DNA from: Candidatus Eiseniibacteriota bacterium
Lineage (GTDB): Bacteria > Eisenbacteria > RBG-16-71-46
Direction of reading: 5' to 3'
Length of the DNA: 64,000 bases
Assembly: GCA_963707915.1 (NCBI GenBank)
Contig: OY970178.1
Coordinates: forward strand, 640,001 to 704,000
Shown piece by piece: positions 56,983 to 64,000 of the stretch; the first letter of the stretch is position 1, and each line of letters starts with the position of its first letter. The notes under the pieces are model-generated. The model did no database searches, was not told the origin of the DNA, and saw only the letters and a list, made by a program, of their open reading frames with translations. The position numbers and the translations under genes are program-made.

Positions 56983-57330
56983 TCAGTGGGACCGTGCGAG
57001 CCCCTTCCAGACCATCCCCACGATACTCAGCACGACGGCCGCGATGACCGTCGTGCCGAAGCCGCCGGGGATCGAGAAGCCGTCCACGAGCCGCGACGCG
57101 AGCCACAGCATCAGCCCGTTGAGGACGAGCAGGAAGAGGCCGAGCGTGAGGACCGTGAGCGGAAGCGTCAGCAGGAAGAGGACGGGCTTGAGCAGCGTGT
57201 TCAGCAGGGCGAGCCAGAAGGCCGCCCACAGCGCGGGCCCCCAGCCGCTCACGTGGAACCCCGGCAGCACGCGCGTCAGCAGGAGCATCGCGCCCGCCAT
57301 CATGACGAAGTACAGCACGATCCCGCTCAC
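56983..57330 (-). CDS. YvlD/phage holin family 4 membrane protein
   Basis: LLNTLLKPVLFLLTLPLTVLTLGLFLLVLNG; GTG overlaps the yitJ stop. Confidence 0.85.
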   Translation of the reverse strand: MSGIVLYFVMMAGAMLLLTRVLPGFHVSGWGPALWAAFWLALLNTLLKPVLFLLTLPLTVLTLGLFLLVLNGLMLWLASRLVDGFSIPGGFGTTVIAAVVLSIVGMVWKGLARSH

Positions 57331-59180
57331 GTGTCCTCCAGCACGTCGAGGCAGTTCTCGTAGCGGCCGAACGAGGGCATGAGGTAGACCCCGTTGGCGC
57401 TCGAGCGACACTGGGCGAGGAGGTCCCGCGCGAGCTCGACGCCGGCCCGCTGGCCTTCGTTGCCCGCCGCGTGGAGCCGGGCGCGGATCCAGTCGGGCAC
57501 CTGGATGCCCGGGACCTCGTTGTGCAGGAACTCCGCGTGCCGGAACGACTGCAGCGGCAGGATCCCGACCAGGATCGGGATGCCGGGGCTGCCGCCGAGG
57601 CGCCCGAGGAATCGCTCCCAGGTGCCCAGCTCGTAGACCGGCTGCGTCATCACGAACTGCGCCCCGGCGTCGAGCTTCTGCCGGAAGCGGTCCAGCTCGA
57701 TGTCCAGGTCCTCGGCGGTCGGGTTCACGCCGCAGCCCATCACGAACGAGGTGCTCGCGCCGATGGAGTTCCCCGCCAGGTCCGTGCCGTGGTTCATCTG
57801 GCCCACGATGCGGATGAGCCCCATCGAGTCGGTGTCGTAGACGGCGGTGGCGTTCGGGTAGTCGCCGAGGCTGGGCGGATCCCCGGTGAGGCACAGGATG
57901 TTGCGCAACCCGAGCGCGTGGCAGCCCAGCAGGTCGCTCTGCAGGCCCATCAGGTTCCGGTCGCGGGTGGTGAAGTGCAGGATGATCTCGAGCGCGGGCA
58001 GCTGGGCGTGGACCTCGTAGGCGAGCGCCAGCGCGCTCATCCGGATGCGGGCCATCGGGGAGTCCGCGATGTTCACCGCGTCGACGCCCCGCCGCGCCAT
58101 GAGCTGGGCGCCCTCGAGCACCTTCTTCGTGGAGACCCCGCGCGGCGGGTCGAGCTCGACGCTCACCACGAACTTGCGCCGCAGCTGCGACAGGAACGGC
58201 GCCTCGGAACCGGCGGGCGCGGACTCGGCCGGGGCCGGGGGCTGCTCCAGCACCCGCACTTCGGCCCCGGGCGTCAGTTTCTCGGCCGGCAGGCGCGAGG
58301 CGAGCCGCTCGTGCATGGCGCGCACGTGGGCGGGGGTGGTGCCGCAGCACCCGCCCACGAGGCGCACGCCCATCTCCAGCGCGCGGGCGGCGAATTCCGC
58401 GAAGTACTCGGGGCTCGCGAGATAGTGGAATCGGCCACCGTGCAGGTGCGGCAACCCGGCGTTCGGCATGGCCGATACCGGCACGCTCCCGGCCGCCGCC
58501 GCGAGCATCTCCTCGAGCACTTCGAGGGTCGCCTGCGGGCCCACGCCGCAGTTCACGCCCACGACGTCCGCCCCGGCCTGTCTCAGCGCGGGCACGGCCA
58601 GCGCCGGGGCGTGCCCGTAGAGCGTCTTGCCGTCCACTCCGAACGTCATCTGCGCGATCACCGGCAGATCGATCGAGACCCTGCGCACCGCGCGGAGGGC
58701 GGCCAGGATCTCGTTGAGGTCCTGGAACGTCTCGAGGATGAAGCCGTCCACGCCTCCCTCGATCAGCCCTTCCGCGGTGGCCTGGAACCAGCGCTCCGCG
58801 TCGGACACCGCCACCTGCCCGAAGGGCAGCAGCGCCTTGCCGAGCGGCCCGATGGAGCCCGCCACGAACGCGGGCACGCCGGCGATCTCGCGCGCGGCGC
58901 GGGCCACGCGCGCTCCCTGGCGGGCGATGATCCGCACGTCCTGCTCGAGCCCGTGGGAGAGCAGGCGCTGGTGGTTCGCGCCGAAGGTGTTGGTCTCGAT
59001 CAGCTCGGCGCCCGCGGCGAGGTATTCGCGGTGGATCGCCTCGACCAGCTCGGGGCTCGTGACGTTGGCCTGGTCGAAGCAGTGTCCGAAGGGGACGCCG
59101 CGCTCGTAGAGCAGCGTGCCCATCGCGCCGTCGGCCAGGAGGGGTCCCTGGGCCAGCCGGTCGAGCAGGGGCGCGCGCAT
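57327..59180 (-). CDS. yitJ: Bifunctional homocysteine S-methyltransferase/methylenetetrahydrofolate reductase
   Basis: DGAMGT, IETNTFGA, GVNC, GGCCGTTP, VELDPP, TGDPP, FLHNEVPGI. Confidence 0.93.
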   Translation of the reverse strand: MRAPLLDRLAQGPLLADGAMGTLLYERGVPFGHCFDQANVTSPELVEAIHREYLAAGAELIETNTFGANHQRLLSHGLEQDVRIIARQGARVARAAREIAGVPAFVAGSIGPLGKALLPFGQVAVSDAERWFQATAEGLIEGGVDGFILETFQDLNEILAALRAVRRVSIDLPVIAQMTFGVDGKTLYGHAPALAVPALRQAGADVVGVNCGVGPQATLEVLEEMLAAAAGSVPVSAMPNAGLPHLHGGRFHYLASPEYFAEFAARALEMGVRLVGGCCGTTPAHVRAMHERLASRLPAEKLTPGAEVRVLEQPPAPAESAPAGSEAPFLSQLRRKFVVSVELDPPRGVSTKKVLEGAQLMARRGVDAVNIADSPMARIRMSALALAYEVHAQLPALEIILHFTTRDRNLMGLQSDLLGCHALGLRNILCLTGDPPSLGDYPNATAVYDTDSMGLIRIVGQMNHGTDLAGNSIGASTSFVMGCGVNPTAEDLDIELDRFRQKLDAGAQFVMTQPVYELGTWERFLGRLGGSPGIPILVGILPLQSFRHAEFLHNEVPGIQVPDWIRARLHAAGNEGQRAGVELARDLLAQCRSSANGVYLMPSFGRYENCLDVLEDT

Positions 59181-59340
59181 GAACGACAGCCTACGTGGTG
59201 GAGCGCGGGGTGGCAAGACCGGGCCCGGCCGCGGCGCCGCGCGCCAACGGGGGCGCACGGGCTTCCGCATCTACATCGCTTCGTCAATTCCGCGCCGGGA
59301 GGATTGGCCGCCCCGGGAGCCTCTGATAGAGTGCCGGTCC

Positions 59341-61233
59341 ATGATACGGATCCGGTGCGACCTTCCCGCCCTGCGCACCCCGCACGGGGCCCGCGTGACG
59401 GCCGGGCTGCTCTTCGCCGTGCTGGCCGCGCTCGCGAGCGCGGCGTCGTCGCACGCCGGGACCGGGCCTCCGCCCACTCTCGCGCCCGAGCAGCTCAAGT
59501 TCGGCGACCGGGCCATCGTCCGCTCGGTCTTCCGCGGCGACTCGATCGAGGAGTTCCCCGCGGAGATCGTGGGGGTCATCTCGGGCGGCCGGGTCGACGG
59601 CCAGACCATCATCGCGCGGGCGACCTCGGAACGCCTCCGGCAGCTCGGCGTGGCCCAGGGGATGAGCGGCTCGCCGGTCTACGTGGACGGCCGCCTGATC
59701 GGGGCGCTGGCCTCGTCGTGGCCCTTCGGCCGCGAGCCGCTCTTCGGCGTCACGCCGATCCGAGAGATGCTGAGGTTGTTCGACCAGCCGCCGGCCTCCA
59801 CCAGCGGTCCCTCGGGGGGCCCCGCCGGCGTGGAGCTTTCCGGCCTGCCGGGCGGCGTCAGCTTCGGCGAGTTCCACTGGGACGAAGGCGCATCCGGCGA
59901 GCCGTTGCCGGCCCCCGGGGCCGATCAGGCGCCGGGCGGGCCGCTCGCGGGCGAGCTGGTGTCGCTGCCCGTCCCGCTTTCGTGCGGCGGCCTGGCCCCG
60001 GCCGCGCTGGACGCGGCGCGCCGGTGGCTCGCGCCCCTCGGCTTCACCGCCGTCCCGGGCGGGAGCACCCCCGACGGCGGTCCGGACGCCGCGAGCCTGG
60101 AGCCCGGTTCCGCGGTCGCGGTCGATCTGATGCGCGGGGACCTGCAGGTGTCCGCCATCGGCACGCTCACCTGGCGCGACGGCGACCGGGTGCTGATCTT
60201 CGGGCATCCATTCTTCCAGTCCGGCGACGTGCGGTTGCCGCTCTCGACCGCGCGCATCACCACCGTGGTCGCGAGCGAGTACGTCTCCTTCAAGCTGGGC
60301 TCGCGCGGGCGGGAGGTGGGCGTGGTAACGCAGGACCGGCGGCCCGGCGTGTCCGGCATGCTCGGGCCGCGCGTGCCGCTTCTGCCGCTGACGGTCCGCA
60401 TCGACGGCGCGCGGCCGGCGTCGCAGAGCTTCCGCTTCGAGGTGGTCGAGGACCGCACCCTGGCGGCGCAGATGGTGGGGCTCGCCACGTTGAACTGCCT
60501 GCTCGAATCGGGCGGCACCGGTCCGGGCCAGACGCTGGCGTGGACCCTCACGCTCCACCGGCGCGGCTCGCCTCCGCTGGTGGTGCAGGACTTCAGCGCG
60601 GGAGAGTCGCCCACCGGCGAGGCCGCGAGCGCGATCAACGGGCCGCTGGCGTTCCTGATGGGGAACCCGTTCGAGCGCCTGCGCCTCGACAGCATCGGGA
60701 TCGCGATCCAGGTGTCGCCCGGGCGGCGCCAGTGGGCCCTGCGCTCGGCCCGGCTGCTCGATGCGACGGTCCGGCCCGGCGGCCGCGCGCGCGTCGAGTG
60801 CCGCATCGAGCGCTGGCGCGGCCCGACCGAGACGCGCGTCATCGAGCTGCCCGTCGCGGCGGAGCTTCCCGATGGGCGCTACAGCCTCTGGGTGGGCGGC
60901 GGGGCGGAGCTGTCGCGCTACGAAGCCACGCGCTTCCCGGCCCGCTACCGCCCCACGTCGCTCGACGACGCCTGGCGGCGCCTCGGGCGCCTCCGGTCCT
61001 CGGGCACGCTGTGCGCCGTGATCCTCGCGAGCGCGCCGGACGTCACCGTCGAGGGGCGCGATTACCCCGAGCTGCCGGCGTCGGCCGCGGCCCTGCTCTC
61101 GAGCGGGCAGGCGGCCGGCGACCTCGCGCGCCGCGCCGACGCCGCGCTGCTCGACGAGACGCGGCTCCCGCTCGGGGAGACCATCCGGGGCGAGCTGCAG
61201 CTCGCCCTCACCGTCGATTCCAAGACCCCATGA
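59341..61233 (+). CDS. SpoIVB-like peptidase S55 domain exported protein
   Basis: Signal peptide; GVAQGMSGSPVYVDGRLIGA; SAIGTLT..FGHP. Confidence 0.85.
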   Translation: MIRIRCDLPALRTPHGARVTAGLLFAVLAALASAASSHAGTGPPPTLAPEQLKFGDRAIVRSVFRGDSIEEFPAEIVGVISGGRVDGQTIIARATSERLRQLGVAQGMSGSPVYVDGRLIGALASSWPFGREPLFGVTPIREMLRLFDQPPASTSGPSGGPAGVELSGLPGGVSFGEFHWDEGASGEPLPAPGADQAPGGPLAGELVSLPVPLSCGGLAPAALDAARRWLAPLGFTAVPGGSTPDGGPDAASLEPGSAVAVDLMRGDLQVSAIGTLTWRDGDRVLIFGHPFFQSGDVRLPLSTARITTVVASEYVSFKLGSRGREVGVVTQDRRPGVSGMLGPRVPLLPLTVRIDGARPASQSFRFEVVEDRTLAAQMVGLATLNCLLESGGTGPGQTLAWTLTLHRRGSPPLVVQDFSAGESPTGEAASAINGPLAFLMGNPFERLRLDSIGIAIQVSPGRRQWALRSARLLDATVRPGGRARVECRIERWRGPTETRVIELPVAAELPDGRYSLWVGGGAELSRYEATRFPARYRPTSLDDAWRRLGRLRSSGTLCAVILASAPDVTVEGRDYPELPASAAALLSSGQAAGDLARRADAALLDETRLPLGETIRGELQLALTVDSKTP

Positions 61234-63419
61234 GCCAGGGAGATCCCGTGCACGTGTCCCCGAGACGTCGCCTTCTTCCCGCGTCCGCCGTGCTCCTCGC
61301 GCTCGCCCTTGCCGCCGTCCCGGTGACCGGCGCGCGGGCCTCGGACACCCAGTGGTGGGTCCTCGACAGTCCGTCCGACTACGCCAGGTCCGAGTCGCGC
61401 GGTATCGTCGTGCGCCCGGACGGCGCGCTCGAGACCGGGCCGCGCGCGACCTCCGCTCCGCTCGACAGCCTCACGGTCGTCTGGGCGGCCGTCGTGCTCA
61501 AGGACGGCTCGGTCGCGCTGGCGGGCGACCAGGGACGCATCCTGCGCTGGAGCCCCGGCGGGCCGGCCCGCCCGTGGGCCCGGGTCGCCGCGGGGCAGGT
61601 GCTCTCGCTGGCCGTGGACGGCGACGGCGTCGTGGCCGGCACCGGGCCCGAGGGGCTGGTCTACCGCGTCTCCGCGCGCGGCGACACGACGCTGCTGGCG
61701 CGCACCGGCGAGCGCTACGTCTGGGGCCTGGCGCGCGCCGACGGCGCCGCCTGGTACGCCGCGACCGGCTCGAAGGGCCGCCTGCTGCGCATCGAGAGCG
61801 GGAAGGCCCGCATCCTCGCGGACACCGACGAGAGCAACCTGGTCTCGATCCTCGCGGACGGCCACGGCGGGGTGTTCGCGGGCGGCGACTCCAAGGGCCG
61901 CGTCTACCACGCGCTCGCCGACGGCTCGATCCGCACGGTGTTCGACGCCAGCGAGGACGAGGTCCGCGCCCTCGCCTTCGGTCCGGACGGCGCCCTCTAC
62001 GCGGCGGCCTTGAGCACCCCGGGCACGACCGAGGAAGAGAAGGCCGGGACACCCGCGCCGGTGGAGAGCGCCCCGGCGGGCGGACGGGCGACGCTCTACC
62101 GCATCGTCCCGGACTCCTCGGCGATGGCATGGTGGACTTCGCCGCAGTCGCTCGTCTTCGCCCTCGCCGGGGCGGGTGGGGCCTCCGGGGAACGCAGGGG
62201 GCTGGTCGCGGCCACCGGGAGCCGGGCGGCCGTGTACCTGGTCGAGCGCGCCGGCGGCGCGACCCAGTGGCTCGCCAGCCCCGCCGGGCAGGTCACGGCC
62301 CTGGCAGCGGGCCCGGATGGCCGCTTCTACGCCGCGACCTCGAACCCGGCCACAGTGTGGCAGCTCGGCCCCGATCCCGCGCCGCGGGGCGAGCTGCTCT
62401 CCCAGGCCCTCGACGCGCGCCGCGTCGCGCGCTTCGGACAGCTCCGGTGGCGGGGGGACGCCGCCGGGGGCCGGGTCTCGGTCGGCACGCGCAGCGGCAA
62501 CACGGACGAGCCCGATTCGACCTGGGGACCGTGGGCCCCGGTGACCGGCGGCGAACACGGTGGCGCGATCCGCTCCCTGCCCGCGCGCTACCTGCAGTGG
62601 CGGGTCGTGTTCGAAGGCGGCCACCCGCGGGTCGAGTCGGTCGAGGCCGCCTGGCGGGAGCAGAACCAGGCACCCCGGGTCGAGGACGTGCTGGTCTCGC
62701 CCCAGGGGGGAGCGTTCCGCGAGGGCGAGCTCCAGCCCCGCATGGACGCCGTCACCCAGACGTTGCCCGGCGGGCAGCGCGTCGAGTACAGCGCCCCGTC
62801 CGCCACCACGCCGGCCCGGTTGCGCGACCTGCCGATGTGGGCCCGCGGACTTCGGACGGTCCAGTGGCGGGCGAGCGACCCCAACGGCGACCCGCTGCGC
62901 TTCCGACTCGACGTCCGGCCCGAGCCCGCCGGGCCCTGGACCCCGGTCGCGAAGGACCTCGAGCAGACGAACCACACCTGGGACACGAGCGCGCTGCCCG
63001 ACGGGCGTTACCGCCTGCGGGTGACGGCCAGCGACGCGGACGGCAACGCAGTGGGCGAGGAGCTGCGCATCGAGGCCCTCAGCCAGCCCTTCACGCTCGA
63101 CAACACGCCACCGCTCGTCACCGACCTGGAGGCGCGCGGCGAGGCCGGTGCCGTGGTCGTGACCGGCAGGGCCGAGGACGCGGTGGGCCCGCTCCAGCGC
63201 ATCGAGGTTTCGCTCGACGACGCGGGCTGGCGCGCGGTGACGCCCGAGGGCGGGTTCACCGACCAGGCCGCGCACTCGTTCCGCGTCCGGCTGGAGGACG
63301 TGGCCCCGGGTGATCACACCGCCAGCGTGCGCGTGGTGGACCTCTCGGGCAACCCCGCCGTGCGGTCCGTGCGTGCCACGGTGCCGGCCCGGGCGGGCCC
63401 AGCGCCCCCGGGCCGCTGA
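61230..63419 (+). CDS. Exported beta-propeller + FN3/Ig-like protein
   Basis: Signal peptide; repeated blades (AGTGPEGLVY, AATGSKGRLL, ALAFGPDGALY); TRSGNT..W..W; WRASDPNGD..DGRYRLRVTASD..DNTPP. Confidence 0.8.
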   Translation: MSQGDPVHVSPRRRLLPASAVLLALALAAVPVTGARASDTQWWVLDSPSDYARSESRGIVVRPDGALETGPRATSAPLDSLTVVWAAVVLKDGSVALAGDQGRILRWSPGGPARPWARVAAGQVLSLAVDGDGVVAGTGPEGLVYRVSARGDTTLLARTGERYVWGLARADGAAWYAATGSKGRLLRIESGKARILADTDESNLVSILADGHGGVFAGGDSKGRVYHALADGSIRTVFDASEDEVRALAFGPDGALYAAALSTPGTTEEEKAGTPAPVESAPAGGRATLYRIVPDSSAMAWWTSPQSLVFALAGAGGASGERRGLVAATGSRAAVYLVERAGGATQWLASPAGQVTALAAGPDGRFYAATSNPATVWQLGPDPAPRGELLSQALDARRVARFGQLRWRGDAAGGRVSVGTRSGNTDEPDSTWGPWAPVTGGEHGGAIRSLPARYLQWRVVFEGGHPRVESVEAAWREQNQAPRVEDVLVSPQGGAFREGELQPRMDAVTQTLPGGQRVEYSAPSATTPARLRDLPMWARGLRTVQWRASDPNGDPLRFRLDVRPEPAGPWTPVAKDLEQTNHTWDTSALPDGRYRLRVTASDADGNAVGEELRIEALSQPFTLDNTPPLVTDLEARGEAGAVVVTGRAEDAVGPLQRIEVSLDDAGWRAVTPEGGFTDQAAHSFRVRLEDVAPGDHTASVRVVDLSGNPAVRSVRATVPARAGPAPPGR

Positions 63420-63444
63420 CCGGGCCGACCGGAGAGACACGGCC

Positions 63445-63867
63445 ATGCAGATCCAGCCCACCCGCTACGGGTACGCCGTCAGGATCGAGACCGGCGAGGA
63501 GATCATCGCCTCGCTGGCCGGGTTCGCCCGCCGCGAGAACGTCCGCGCCGGGCTCATCTCCGGGCTGGGGGCGGTCGGGGAGTGCGAGCTGGGCTTCTTC
63601 ATCCGCTCCACGAAGGAGTACGTCCGCCGCGTGTTCACCGGCGAGCACGAGATCGGCTCGCTCACCGGCAACTTCAGCGAGCTGGACGGGGAGCCGTTCC
63701 CGCACTGCCACGTCCTGATCGCAGGGGAGGACCTCGTCGCCTGGACCGGGCACCTGTTCCGTGGCGTCGTCACGGTGACCTGCGAGGTCCAGGTCGTGAC
63801 GGACCCCGGAACGCTGCGGCGGGTGCGCCGGCCGGACCTGGGCTTCAACCCGCTCGAGCTGGGATGA
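63445..63867 (+). CDS. PPC/DUF296 domain protein
   Basis: GEEII, SGLGAV, EIGSLTGN, HCHV, GHL..VTCE. Confidence 0.88.
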   Translation: MQIQPTRYGYAVRIETGEEIIASLAGFARRENVRAGLISGLGAVGECELGFFIRSTKEYVRRVFTGEHEIGSLTGNFSELDGEPFPHCHVLIAGEDLVAWTGHLFRGVVTVTCEVQVVTDPGTLRRVRRPDLGFNPLELG

Positions 63868-63891
63868 GCAGGAGGCACGCTCCGCGAACCC

Positions 63892-63900
63892 TGCTATAAT
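63892..63900 (+). promoter_or_regulatory. Extended -10 element for a gene beyond the window
   Basis: TGCTATAAT. Confidence 0.45.
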
Positions 63901-64000
63901 CGGCGCCGCCCTTTGCGCCCGTGCGGGCCGCGCTCAGGCGCGCAGGGCCGCGAGGCCCCAGTGGCGCCCGGTGAGACCGGCGTCGCGGCGGTGGGAGAAG

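Noticed and set aside
56983..57330. Holin-family gene as a sign of a prophage
   Set aside because: YvlD-type genes are common chromosomal genes, and there are no phage or integrase genes nearby.

Overview
A high-GC (about 70%+) bacterial chromosomal segment of mostly co-oriented (+ strand) core and accessory operons. Gene content (TolC, TonB/ExbBD, a bS22-type small ribosomal protein, a PstS-like/TPR/ExbBD/TonB operon) suggests a diderm FCB-group organism such as Ca. Eisenbacteria; that assignment is inference only. In order: a partial TPR/Zn membrane protein, asnS, a GT-C-like membrane protein, a PstS-like/TPR/STAS/ExbB-ExbD-ExbD-TonB operon, a Yip1-TolC-MFP-MacB-type ABC efflux operon, uvrA-tdh, and the glycine cleavage genes gcvT-H-PA-PB (no L protein). 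These are followed by an uncharacterised 8-gene cluster (two small genes, a GlmL/MutL-type ASKHA ATPase, a barrel-sandwich/KOW protein and four membrane subunits) that ends in a lipoate ligase. Then come an Opp/Dpp ABC transporter, a probable unannotated 6S RNA, a bacterial microcompartment locus with no signature enzyme, FmdB-HU-bS22-RNase R-PilZ-aroA-cmk-plsC-rpsA-SPOR-mutS, YkgJ, a holin-family gene, yitJ, a circularly permuted SpoIVB(S55)-type protease with a beta-propeller/FN3 partner, and a PPC/DUF296 protein. About 15 frameshifts, mostly single-base insertions concentrated at 28-40 kb, look like long-read consensus errors rather than true pseudogenes. The best candidate for an undescribed system is the GlmL-like ATPase plus membrane complex between the glycine cleavage genes and the lipoate ligase. 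No tRNA, rRNA, CRISPR array or mobile element was seen. All family calls come from motif recognition by eye; no searches were run.
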